From an uncultured Actinomycetota bacterium (lineage in GTDB: Bacteria; Actinomycetota; Actinomycetes; Mycobacteriales; Mycobacteriaceae): 64,000 nucleotides of DNA. Below, one piece after another: positions 22,348 to 31,562 of the stretch. The notes beneath the pieces were generated by a model, which did not search any database, was not told where the DNA came from, and saw nothing but the letters and a program-made list of their open reading frames with translations. The stretch is from contig CAWCRJ010000008.1 of the NCBI GenBank assembly GCA_963797865.1, forward strand, positions 24,778-88,777. Reading direction: 5' to 3'. Position 1 is the first letter of the stretch, and every line of letters begins with the position of its first letter. Made by a program: the position numbers and the translations under genes.

Positions 22348-22399
22348 CTCGCCCGAGGACGAGAGCGCCGTAACGGCGCGAGCGAGGAGTCGGGCAATC
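22345..22399 (-). repeat. Degenerate MIRU-like intergenic element
   Basis: Reverse strand reads GATTGCCCGACTCCTCGCTCGCGCCGTTACGGCGCTCTCGTCCTCGGGC with an internal GCGCCG/CGGCGC hairpin; resembles 44219-44269. Confidence 0.45.
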
Positions 22400-22517
22400 A
22401 GACGGCGCACCGCTCGTCGCGGGTGCCACTTGGTTGCCCGTTATTAGGTGAGTTGCATGCGCGCACCAGTACCGGCGCTGTCGCGGATGAAACCCACGGT
22501 CAGTCCGTTCCCCGGCC

Positions 22518-23756
22518 TCAGCGCCGTTCGGTCAGCGATATGGCCATCTCGTCGTAGATCGACATGTTGGTGGCCAGGTTCGGATGGGCTACCTTCGCCG
22601 GACCGATCTCGATGTCATCGCAGCGCAGCAACAGTTCGTCGAGGACCGCGCGGAGTTCCGCCCGGGCCAGCATCGCGCCCAGGCAGTGGTGCGGTCCGCC
22701 GCCCCCGAACGCCACGTGGGGGTTGGGCTGTCGGCCGATGTCGAAGGTGAACGGGGACTCGAAGACCTCCTCGTCGCGGTTGGCCGAACGAAGGGTCGAG
22801 ACCACGCGTTCGCCCTTGGCGATGTGCTGGCCGTCCATCTCGACGTCGACCTTTGCGGTGCGCGTCCAGTACGCCACCGGCGACGCCCAGCGCAACACCT
22901 CCTCGACCGCGCCGGCCCGCAGGTCTTCCCGCTCGCGATACCGTTCTACCTGCTCGGGATTGGCGACGAACGCCTGCAACCCGATGGCCAGGGCGTTCTT
23001 GGTGGTGTCGCTGCCGGCGAACGCCAGCACGAAGAAGAAAAACTCGAGTTCGTTTTCGGGCAGGCTGAACTGCTCGCCGTCGTCACCGGTGATCACGGCG
23101 GATGCCAGCGTGCTCCAGATGTCGTCTGTGGGGTTGCGCCGCTTTTCGGCGGTGAGCTCCATCGCGTATTCGAAGACCGAGCCAAAGAGCTCGAGTTCCA
23201 CCTGCCCGCTCGGGCCCGCCTCGGGCGCAAGCGCCTTCAGGATGCGGTCGAAGATGTCGAATATTCGTGGCCGATCCTCCTCTGGGATGCCGATGATGTC
23301 GCCGATGACCGACATCGGTAACGCGTCGGCGACGTCCTCGATCCAGTCCCCACCGCCGTGCGCGAGCAGGCCGCCGATCATCCGCGCCGCGCGCGCCCGG
23401 ATGCCGTTCTCCAGCTTGGCGATCGCGCGCGGGTTGAAGGCGTTGGAGATCAGTTTGCGGCGCTTGTTCAGGTCCGGCGGGTCCAACGTGATGATCGTCG
23501 GGAACGACGAGAACATGGCGACCGGCTGAATGAGTGGGCCGTCGGCCGCGGTGAACGACTCGGTGTCGCGGTGCAGGCGGACCGCGTGCCGGTGTTTGGT
23601 GGCGACCCAGAATTGACGCTGGACGGTGTCGGCGACACCTGGTGTCAGGTCATGCCGAAAAAGCGGCCTGGTGCGCCGCAGCTCGGCGAATAGCTCGTCG
23701 GGAAAACCGTTACGCCACAAGGCGAAATCGGACAGGTCCACTGCAGCGGCCGTCAT
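22518..23756 (-). CDS. Cytochrome P450 (CYP125/142-like clade by motif)
   Basis: AGSDTT I-helix, EEVLR, HVAFGGGGPHHCLG; start could be up to 23816. Confidence 0.93.
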   Translation of the reverse strand: MTAAAVDLSDFALWRNGFPDELFAELRRTRPLFRHDLTPGVADTVQRQFWVATKHRHAVRLHRDTESFTAADGPLIQPVAMFSSFPTIITLDPPDLNKRRKLISNAFNPRAIAKLENGIRARAARMIGGLLAHGGGDWIEDVADALPMSVIGDIIGIPEEDRPRIFDIFDRILKALAPEAGPSGQVELELFGSVFEYAMELTAEKRRNPTDDIWSTLASAVITGDDGEQFSLPENELEFFFFVLAFAGSDTTKNALAIGLQAFVANPEQVERYREREDLRAGAVEEVLRWASPVAYWTRTAKVDVEMDGQHIAKGERVVSTLRSANRDEEVFESPFTFDIGRQPNPHVAFGGGGPHHCLGAMLARAELRAVLDELLLRCDDIEIGPAKVAHPNLATNMSIYDEMAISLTERR

Positions 23757-23819
23757 GCGAACCCCCATTGGCTCAGGCGCCACGCGACGACCGGCCGGCG
23801 CCGCGTTGACGTTCAATGT

Positions 23820-23837
23820 CTAAAATAGTAAAAATAG
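23820..23837. promoter_or_regulatory. Shared island operator motif, copy 3
   Basis: CTAAAATAG followed by TAAAAATAG between the divergent P450 and Rieske genes. Confidence 0.6.
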
Positions 23838-23909
23838 ACTTTAGTCGTCGAAACGCGGTGAGGTAAGAGCGGCCAAATTGCGCCCGGCCGCGTGGGAAAC
23901 GGAGTTCTC

Positions 23910-25019
23910 GTGACGAATACGATTCCGGAATCAGACCCGTCGGAACGGGAGTTCGGGCAGGCCGGCATCGCGCTGTCGACCTACCGTTTCCCGACGGGCT
24001 GGTTCATCGTCGCCTTCGGAACCGACCTGGCTCCCGGCCAGGTCAGGCGCGCGCATTACTTCGGTGAGGAACTGGTGCTGTTCCGCACCGCGTCGGGCCG
24101 GGTGCACGTCATGGAGGCCTACTGCCAGCACCTCGGCGCCAACCTCGGGGTCGGCGGCACCGTGGAAGGCGAAAACATCGTCTGCCCGTGGCACGGCTGG
24201 CAGTGGCGCGGCGACGGTACCAATGCGCTGATTCCCTACAGCAAGATCGGCTGCAAGAACAACGTCCGCATCCGGACTTATCCGAGCATGGAGTGGTACG
24301 GCTTCATCCTGGCCTGGCACGATCGCCACGGCCGGGCGCCGTACTGGCAGCCGCCGGTGCTGCCGGAACTGGAGACCAACGAGTACTACCCGCTGCACCC
24401 GCACACCCAGATGCTCAACCGGGTCAAGGTGCATCCGCAGATGATCATCGAGAATGCGGCTGACCCCTACCACGTTCAATACGTGCACAAGGCCGCCAAT
24501 CCGGCCACCACGGCGTCATTCGAGGTGGCCGGGTATCACCTGCACGCCACCGTCAACGCCCATTTCGGCGGGGGACGGGCGCAGACGTGGCTGACCCCGA
24601 ACGGCCCGGTCGACGCCAAGATCATCTACGACAACTACTCGCTGGGGCTGGGCGTGGTGCGCTTTCCCAGCGAACTGGTGGCCACCGTGCAGGTCACCGG
24701 CCAAACGCCGGTCGACGAGGACTACACCGACTACTTCTACACCCAGGCGTCCGTACGTGAACCCGGCGACGGCGGCGACGTGCCCACCGGACGTGCCGCC
24801 CGGTTCCTCGCCCTCCAGCAAGAGGTCATCAAGCAAGACTTCTTCACCTGGGAGAACATGAAATACCTGGAGAAGCCGAATCTGGCTCCCGAAGAGGCGC
24901 ACGACTATGCGGCGCTGCGCCGCTGGGCGCACCGCTTCTACCCGGGCGAGGAGCCGTCGCCCTCCGACTTCGGTTACAGCGCCGACGGTGAGCCCGACCC
25001 CGCAGCCGCCAAAGCTTGA
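23910..25019 (+). CDS. Rieske non-heme iron oxygenase, KshA/Neverland-like
   Basis: GGAG RBS; RFPTGWF, CQH...CPWH Rieske motif; ENAADPYHVQYVH iron motif. Confidence 0.9.
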   Translation: MTNTIPESDPSEREFGQAGIALSTYRFPTGWFIVAFGTDLAPGQVRRAHYFGEELVLFRTASGRVHVMEAYCQHLGANLGVGGTVEGENIVCPWHGWQWRGDGTNALIPYSKIGCKNNVRIRTYPSMEWYGFILAWHDRHGRAPYWQPPVLPELETNEYYPLHPHTQMLNRVKVHPQMIIENAADPYHVQYVHKAANPATTASFEVAGYHLHATVNAHFGGGRAQTWLTPNGPVDAKIIYDNYSLGLGVVRFPSELVATVQVTGQTPVDEDYTDYFYTQASVREPGDGGDVPTGRAARFLALQQEVIKQDFFTWENMKYLEKPNLAPEEAHDYAALRRWAHRFYPGEEPSPSDFGYSADGEPDPAAAKA

Positions 25020-25037
25020 TCAGAGCCAGACAGCCTG

Positions 25038-26624
25038 ATGTGCGCTGACCGCAGCGGGCCCGCGCAGCCCTCCGATTTCGGCGTCGACCGCTTCACCGTG
25101 CCGGCCGTGCTCGATCGCCGCGCCCAGCAGTACCCCGATCGGGTGATGATGTCGATCGCCGGCGCCGACGTGACCTTCGAGCAGATGCGCCAGCGGTCGT
25201 GTGCGGCGGCAAACCTGTTGACCGACCTGGGTGTCGGGCAAGGTGACCGCGTCGCGTTGTTCACCGGCACGTGTCCGGAGTGGGTGTACTTCTGGCTGGG
25301 CGCCGCACGGATCGGGGCGGTGAGCGCGGCGGTCAATGCGGCGAACAAGGGTGACTTCCTACTGCACGCCCTTCGGCTGTCACAGGCCAAAGTGATGTTG
25401 ACCGACGCCGAACGCCGCCCCCGCGCCGTCGAGGTCGCCGACGCGGTAGGCACCCTGACGAGCATTGTGGTGCAGGACGATTCACTGACGGCGACGCTGA
25501 GTCAGAACACCGACGGCGCAGCGACCGACAGCCCCGGGCGGGCGGACGACGTCGGCTGCTTGTTCTACACGTCGGGCACCACCGGCCCGTCCAAAGCAGT
25601 CGCCACGACATGGCACTACCTGTTTTCGGTGGCCGCAACCGTCGCGTCGTCCTGGGAATTTCGCGAGGGCGAGGCGCTGTGGACGGCGATGCCGCTGTTT
25701 CACCTCAGCGCGGCGCCCAGCATATTGGCGCCCATGCTGGTAGGTGCGACGACGGTGCTGGCCGGGGCTTTCCACCCCGGCGAGGTGTGGGATGACATAC
25801 GCGCCCGCGGTGCCATCGGATTCGCCGGCGCCGGGGCGATGGTCTCGATGCTGCAGAATCTCCCTGCCGATCCGGGCGACGCACGGCTGCCGCTGCGGTT
25901 CATCTCCGCCGCGCCGATCGACGCGAACTGCTACCGCGACATCGAAAAGCGGTATGGCTGTCGCATCGTCACGATGTACGGGCTCACCGAGGCGTTTCCC
26001 ATCGCGGTCAAGGCGGTGGCCGACGCCGGGGTTCCCGGAACCTCGGGTACGCCCAATCCCGATTTCGAAGTGCGGATCCTCGACGAGCAAGGAAACCCGC
26101 TGCCCCCCGACACGGTGGGTGAAATCGCCTGTCGAGCCAGGCATCCGCATGTGATGAGCGAGGGCTACGTCGGCGCGGATTCGCGGATAAATCCGCATCC
26201 GGAATGGTTTCGCACCGGCGATCTCGGGCGGCTGGATTGCGATCAGAATCTGACGTATGTGGACCGGATCAAGGATGCGTTGCGCCGCCGCGGTGAAAAC
26301 ATCTCTTCGGTGGAAGTGGAGAGCGTTGTGATGTGCCATCCGGCGGTGGCGGAGGCCGCCGCGGTCGGGGTGCCCAGCGAGTTGGGAGAGGACGACGTAC
26401 TGGTCGTCATCATGTTGCAGCCCGGCGCCACACTGGATTTCGCGGAGTTGCTCGACTTCTGCGCGGCGCGCATGCCCTACTTCTGTGTGCCGCGATTCGT
26501 GGAGACCGTCAGCGAACTCCCGAAGAATGTGCTCGGCCGGATACGTAAAGACTTATTGCGCGCACGGGGCGTCAAGCCAGGAGCGTGGGATCGTGAACGT
26601 AGGGGGTATATCGTTAGCCGTTAG
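25038..26624 (+). CDS. Acyl-CoA ligase (CaiC-like)
   Basis: YTSGTTGPSK, YGLTE, FRTGDLG, RRRGENISS. Confidence 0.92.
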   Translation: MCADRSGPAQPSDFGVDRFTVPAVLDRRAQQYPDRVMMSIAGADVTFEQMRQRSCAAANLLTDLGVGQGDRVALFTGTCPEWVYFWLGAARIGAVSAAVNAANKGDFLLHALRLSQAKVMLTDAERRPRAVEVADAVGTLTSIVVQDDSLTATLSQNTDGAATDSPGRADDVGCLFYTSGTTGPSKAVATTWHYLFSVAATVASSWEFREGEALWTAMPLFHLSAAPSILAPMLVGATTVLAGAFHPGEVWDDIRARGAIGFAGAGAMVSMLQNLPADPGDARLPLRFISAAPIDANCYRDIEKRYGCRIVTMYGLTEAFPIAVKAVADAGVPGTSGTPNPDFEVRILDEQGNPLPPDTVGEIACRARHPHVMSEGYVGADSRINPHPEWFRTGDLGRLDCDQNLTYVDRIKDALRRRGENISSVEVESVVMCHPAVAEAAAVGVPSELGEDDVLVVIMLQPGATLDFAELLDFCAARMPYFCVPRFVETVSELPKNVLGRIRKDLLRARGVKPGAWDRERRGYIVSR

Positions 26625-26716
26625 GTTCCGTTAATGTCACGTAATAGTCGGCAAGTTGCCTTAGTGTCCCCTTCAGCCCATTGTTGGCAGTCATTTCCGA
26701 GAGAGGCTGGAAAGCG

Positions 26717-27142
26717 ATGACCATGACTTATCAGGAACAGCAAATGCTCCAAGCCGCCACCGGACGCGCTGCCATCCTGGATCTGAATGCCCGGCACAAT
26801 CGGGCCTTCTCGGAGGGCGACCGCGGCCGCTGGATCGCCACCTTCCGCCATTCCGGCGCCAGCTACACCCGCGACGGCGAGATGTTCAACGACCTGCGCT
26901 TGGCCTTCGACGGTGGCGATGGCCAGCGACTGGTCACGGTCGATCACGAGATCCGCGTCGACGGCGTCAACGCGACTCAGCATTGTGTCGCCGTGCTTTT
27001 CGCCGCCATGTATGGCGACACCGTGCTGCGGGCTACCGGAATATTCCGCGACACGCTGATCTACGAGCGGGGCGGCTGGTGTTTCACTTCCCGCACGCTG
27101 CAGTGGGATTCGGTCCCGAGTCGGCACCCGCTCGTCATGTGA
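26717..27142 (+). CDS. SnoaL/NTF2-like protein
   Basis: AILDLNARHN...WIATF...GGWCFTSR pattern. Confidence 0.8.
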   Translation: MTMTYQEQQMLQAATGRAAILDLNARHNRAFSEGDRGRWIATFRHSGASYTRDGEMFNDLRLAFDGGDGQRLVTVDHEIRVDGVNATQHCVAVLFAAMYGDTVLRATGIFRDTLIYERGGWCFTSRTLQWDSVPSRHPLVM

Positions 27143-27687
27143 GCGGCACCCGATACGTGGAGCAGGATTTCGGTCAGCGGCTGACCTTCGGCACGTACGA
27201 AGATGCGCTGCGGATGGTCGGCGCCAAAGGCGAGCCCCGTACCGCCGGCAGCGCGGTCAGCGCCGCACGCATCCGGCTGTTCGCCGCGATGGTCCGCGAC
27301 GGCAATCGCTCGTATTGGGATTCCGAATTCGCCCACCGGCAGTGGGGAGCTCTGCTGGCGCCGCCGGCGCTGTTGATGGGCTGGCTGATCGCACCGCCGT
27401 GGCAACCTGGAGGTAGGAGGGCGGCTTCGTTGATCGCCCTGCGGGTGCCGCTACCGGGCACCACATTCATCAACGCGGCCAACGAGGTTGAGTTTCCACA
27501 GCCCATCGTCGAAGGCGACGTGCTGACCGTCGTCGACGAGCTGGTTTCGGTGTCACCGGAGAAGCGGACGCGGCTGGGCGTCGGCCATTTCGTCGAGACG
27601 CTGGAGACCTATCGCCGCCAGGACGGGACCGTGGTGGCCACCTGTCGCAATACCTTGTTCCGGTTCACTCCAGGAGCGTCCTCGTGA
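27139..27687 (+). CDS. MaoC-like dehydratase subunit
   Basis: GTGA overlap; IRLFAAMVRDGN-YWD, APPALL, EKRTRLGVGHFV. Confidence 0.85.
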   Translation: MSGTRYVEQDFGQRLTFGTYEDALRMVGAKGEPRTAGSAVSAARIRLFAAMVRDGNRSYWDSEFAHRQWGALLAPPALLMGWLIAPPWQPGGRRAASLIALRVPLPGTTFINAANEVEFPQPIVEGDVLTVVDELVSVSPEKRTRLGVGHFVETLETYRRQDGTVVATCRNTLFRFTPGASS

Positions 27688-28145
27688 GCGACGACAGCCT
27701 GGACTTCCACCAGATCACCGTTCCCGTCGACCTGCCCGAGGTGATCGACCACATCAGCTACCAGCGGGTGGTGGAGAATACCGGAGCCACGTGGGACTAT
27801 TTTCCCGGCCATTTCGATCCGGAATACGCTCAGGCTCAGGGCAACCCGACGATCTACGTCAACACGATGCACCTGGCCGGATTCGCCGACCGCGTCGCGA
27901 CGGACTGGGCGGGCCCGCGCTCACGCGTGGTGCGCCGGTCCATGAGGCTCGCCGGGTCGGTGTATGCCGGCGACACGATGATCGGCAGGGGCCGGGCCGT
28001 GGCGAAGCGGCGGGACACCTCGGTGGACCCGCCGCGTTGCCTGGTCGACGTCGAAATCCAGGTGACCAATCAGCATGGCGCGCTGTGCTGTCCGGTCGAG
28101 CTGACCTTGCTGGTGCCCGAGTCCTCCCGCGACGGCGATGGATGA
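27684..28145 (+). CDS. MaoC-family (R)-enoyl-CoA hydratase, catalytic subunit
   Basis: GTGA overlap; WDYFPGHFDPEYAQAQG hydratase D-x4-H motif. Confidence 0.87.
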   Translation: MSDDSLDFHQITVPVDLPEVIDHISYQRVVENTGATWDYFPGHFDPEYAQAQGNPTIYVNTMHLAGFADRVATDWAGPRSRVVRRSMRLAGSVYAGDTMIGRGRAVAKRRDTSVDPPRCLVDVEIQVTNQHGALCCPVELTLLVPESSRDGDG

Positions 28146-28668
28146 CGTCGGCGAATTGCACTTGGCGGTGTGCCGTCGCTTCGGTGAGGCGGTCGCCGCG
28201 GCGAACGGCAAGTGGGACCGTCCATCACCGTGCGATGCGTGGGACGCCCGGGGAGTGCTCGAGCACGTGATCGGGTTTCATGACGTACTTCTGTTGCGGC
28301 CCTTGGGATCGAAGCCCGACCGGCCACGCGACGATCCTCGGGCACGGTGGCAACTCACCTATGACTCACTGGCACAGGCTCTTGTATCCGGCGGAGCGAC
28401 ACAGCTCGATGAGTACCGGTTGATGCCGAACCTGACGCGTGATGTCCTGGTGCATACCTGGGACCTCGCCCGCGCGGTGGGCGCCGACGACGGCCTGGAC
28501 CCCACGTGGTGTGAACTGTTCTGCGCCGGCCTGCCGGACGATCCGCAGGCCATGGCCGCGTCCGGGATGTTCGGTCCGCCGGTCGCGATCGGCGACGAAA
28601 CCAATGCGCAGGCAAGACTTTTGGCACGGCTCGGCCGCGATCCGTGGTGGACACCGGAAACTCTATAG
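28138..28668 (+). CDS. DinB/MDMPI-superfamily (TIGR03086-like) protein
   Basis: WDRPSPCDAWDARGVLEH, VHTWDLARAVG, LARLGRDP. Confidence 0.85.
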   Translation: MDDVGELHLAVCRRFGEAVAAANGKWDRPSPCDAWDARGVLEHVIGFHDVLLLRPLGSKPDRPRDDPRARWQLTYDSLAQALVSGGATQLDEYRLMPNLTRDVLVHTWDLARAVGADDGLDPTWCELFCAGLPDDPQAMAASGMFGPPVAIGDETNAQARLLARLGRDPWWTPETL

Positions 28669-30129
28669 GGGCGGCAGCTGGCCTTTGCATATCAGCGTCT
28701 GCAGCTCGACATATTCGTGTAGCCCCTCAGGCCCGAACTCGCGCCCGATGCCGGACTGCTTGAAGCCGCCGAACGGTGCGCCGATGTCGAGGGTGTACAT
28801 ATTGATGCCATAGGTTCCCGTGCGGACGGCGGCCGCGACGTCCAGGCCGTGTTGGATGTCGGCGGTCCACACCGAACCGGCCAGGCCGTAATCGGTCTCG
28901 TTGGCGATGCGGAGCGCGTCGTCCTCGTCACGGTAGCGAAGCACCGTCAGCACCGGACCGAAAATCTCCTCCCGGGCGATGCGCATGTCGTTGGTGGCCT
29001 CGGTGAACAGCGTCGGCTGCACATACCAGCCGCGCTCGGACGGGCTTTGTTCGCCACCGAGCACAACGCGGGCGCCTTCGCTGCGGCCCGACTTGATGTA
29101 GTCCTGGACGCGACGCTGTTGTCGTTGAGCCACAAGCGGTCCGATGTCCGTCGACTCGTCGGCCGGGTCGCCGACATTCAGCGTGGACATCATGTCGGCG
29201 AGCGCGTCGACGACTTCGTCGTGCTTACGGTCGCTGACCAGAATCCGGGTCTGCGCGACGCAGGCCTGACCGTTGTTCATCAGGCCGGCGGACTTCAGGC
29301 CGGCCACCGTCTTACCGACGTCGGCGTCGTCGAGAATGATCGCCGCGGACTTGCCACCCAGCTCCAGGCTCACTCGTTTGAGCTGCTCGCCGCACAGGGC
29401 GGCGATCCGGCGGCCGACGGCACTGGACCCGGTGAATGCGACCTTGTCCACACCGGGATGACGCACCAGCGCCTCACCGATCTCGGGGCCTCCGGGCAGC
29501 ACCGACACCACGCCTTCGGGAAGGCCGATCTGCTCGATCATCTCGGCCAACCACAAAGCGTCCAAAGGGGTTTCGGGCGCCGGCTTGATGATGACCGTGC
29601 AGCCCGCGATCAGCGCCGGGATCAGCTTGGGCATGATCAAAAACTGCGGCACGTTCCACGGCACAATCGCCCCGACCACCCCGACAGGCGCCCTGCGCAG
29701 ATGCACTTCGCCGAGCACGCCCTGGCGGCGTTCCTCCCACGGGAACTCGCGGGCGGCGGCCAACGAGAGGTGGATCAGCGCTACGGCGGCCGCCCCCTGG
29801 CCCATCCGGCTGAAGCTGCGCGGCGATCCCATCTCGTCGGTGATGAGATCGGCCATCTCGTCGGCGTGGCCGGCGTAGATCCCGGCGAGCTGTTCGACCT
29901 TGGCCATCCGGTCGGCATGGCTCATCCGTGGCCACGGACCGTGATCGAACGCGTGCCGCGCGGCGGCGACGGCGGCCTCGACATCCTCCGGGCCGGCGAC
30001 CTGCACATGCCCGACCGGCTCTTCGGAGTGCGGCGAGATCACGGCGAGCTGCTGGGGATTGGCGGGCTTGCGCCACTGGCCCCCGATGAACAGCTCGTTA
30101 TAGCAGCGATGGCCGGAAGTCTCTGTCAT
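28663..30129 (-). CDS. Aldehyde dehydrogenase
   Basis: PWN, FTGS, LELGGKS, GQAC, EEIFGPV, PFGGFKQSG. Confidence 0.95.
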   Translation of the reverse strand: MTETSGHRCYNELFIGGQWRKPANPQQLAVISPHSEEPVGHVQVAGPEDVEAAVAAARHAFDHGPWPRMSHADRMAKVEQLAGIYAGHADEMADLITDEMGSPRSFSRMGQGAAAVALIHLSLAAAREFPWEERRQGVLGEVHLRRAPVGVVGAIVPWNVPQFLIMPKLIPALIAGCTVIIKPAPETPLDALWLAEMIEQIGLPEGVVSVLPGGPEIGEALVRHPGVDKVAFTGSSAVGRRIAALCGEQLKRVSLELGGKSAAIILDDADVGKTVAGLKSAGLMNNGQACVAQTRILVSDRKHDEVVDALADMMSTLNVGDPADESTDIGPLVAQRQQRRVQDYIKSGRSEGARVVLGGEQSPSERGWYVQPTLFTEATNDMRIAREEIFGPVLTVLRYRDEDDALRIANETDYGLAGSVWTADIQHGLDVAAAVRTGTYGINMYTLDIGAPFGGFKQSGIGREFGPEGLHEYVELQTLICKGQLPPL

Positions 30130-30166
30130 CGGGGCACTTCCTCAGGGGATCGGACCGTGGCCGCAA

Positions 30167-30194
30167 TTTCGCTATTCACGCTAACATAGCGAAA
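30167..30194. promoter_or_regulatory. Shared island operator motif, copy 4, inside an inverted repeat
   Basis: CTAACATAG at 30181-30189; IR TTTCGCTAT-N10-ATAGCGAAA. Confidence 0.6.
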
Positions 30195-30212
30195 AAAGCA
30201 GCGAGGCCCTAT

Positions 30213-31562
30213 ATGACCAGCGATTGGCGCAGTTACCCGTTCCAGTTGGTGCCTGGCGACGGCCAGTTGGAGTTTCCCGCCGCTGAAGGCGAACACCCCG
30301 ACCAGGAGTCGGACACCTGGTTCATCGCCGGTCAGCTTGACGCCGCCGAGACCGATCGATCGTTCGCCTTCCTGACCATCTTCAACAAGAACCGACCGGG
30401 GGGAACGGTCGTCGCGGACTTCTACACAATGGCGTTGTTCGACCTCGACGCCGGTGATTACGGCACCTTCACCGATTACGACATGCCGCCGGCCAATATG
30501 GAGCCCGGTGCCCAGCCCAAGCTGGCGATGGCGTCGGGCCATCTCGACATCAACTACCACAGCAGCGCGGGAACCGCGTCGTGGACGACCAGCCGCAACG
30601 GCGATGGCGAACTGCTGCCCTACACCTACCGGGTCAGCCTGGTCGGAAAGGATCAGTCCGGCCGGCCCATGCGACTGGATCTCGCCGTAACCCCAACGCG
30701 CGCACCGACCCCGGTGGGTGCCTCGACTTACAACGGGAAGATCGTCTGCTTCGGTCAAAGCGACACCTACTCCTATTTCCAGACCGGCATGGCGATGACC
30801 GGCACCCTGCGCTGGGGTGACGTAATCCAGCAGGTGTCCGGCACCAGTGGGCACGTCGATCGGCAGTGGTTCCCCAAGTACGCCGGCGGCGGGGGATCGG
30901 GGGGAGACCCGCGGGCCAGGTCGCACGAATGGCGCACGATCAACTTCGACAACGGTGTCGACTTGAGCATCTGGCGCCAGTTCGACCGCGCAGATGGCAA
31001 TGCGCTGCAGCCGTTCACCGGTGTCACGACAAGCCACCCGGACCCCGCCATCGCGCCGGAATGTGCCGAAGACATCGAGGTCACGGTCAGCAGCTACGTG
31101 CGGTGGCCGGAGGCCATCCGGCCTCTGGTGCGGCCTCTAGCACCGGCCCGGTACATGCCTGATCGGCACCGGATTAGTTGTCCCACTTTGCAATTGGACC
31201 TCATCGGAGAGCCGCTGGTGGCGGCCCCGGCGCACGGGCTGCCGATCGAGTACATGGAGGGGCCCTATCGCTACCACGGGACCATGTGGGGAGAACCGGT
31301 GACGGGCTTCGCGTTCAATGAACGCTCGTTGGCACTGTATCGGGATTGGGAACTCGTCGATGTGCTGTCCGCTACTGTCGCGAGCCTGGCACCGCCGGAG
31401 CCCGAATTGCAGGCCATGGTGGACCAGGTCGTGCCGCTGGTGGCGGCCGGGCGGCGAAAGGATGCCGTCAAGCTGCTGTTCAGCTCGGCGCCTGTGGAAA
31501 ACGACGCGCTGGCAAAGCTTCTCGACGATCTGATCGCGGTCCTGTCAGCCGACGTCAGCTGA
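30213..31562 (+). CDS. AttH/CrtC-like (lipocalin-like double beta-barrel) protein
   Basis: FPAAEGEHP..SDTWF, TYSYFQT, GHVDRQW, HEW, YMEGP motifs; no signal peptide. Confidence 0.7.
   Translation: MTSDWRSYPFQLVPGDGQLEFPAAEGEHPDQESDTWFIAGQLDAAETDRSFAFLTIFNKNRPGGTVVADFYTMALFDLDAGDYGTFTDYDMPPANMEPGAQPKLAMASGHLDINYHSSAGTASWTTSRNGDGELLPYTYRVSLVGKDQSGRPMRLDLAVTPTRAPTPVGASTYNGKIVCFGQSDTYSYFQTGMAMTGTLRWGDVIQQVSGTSGHVDRQWFPKYAGGGGSGGDPRARSHEWRTINFDNGVDLSIWRQFDRADGNALQPFTGVTTSHPDPAIAPECAEDIEVTVSSYVRWPEAIRPLVRPLAPARYMPDRHRISCPTLQLDLIGEPLVAAPAHGLPIEYMEGPYRYHGTMWGEPVTGFAFNERSLALYRDWELVDVLSATVASLAPPEPELQAMVDQVVPLVAAGRRKDAVKLLFSSAPVENDALAKLLDDLIAVLSADVS

Noticed and set aside
22441-22517. Possible coding relic downstream of the P450 (PGNGLTVGFIRDSAG...)
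   Set aside because: Too short, with no recognisable family
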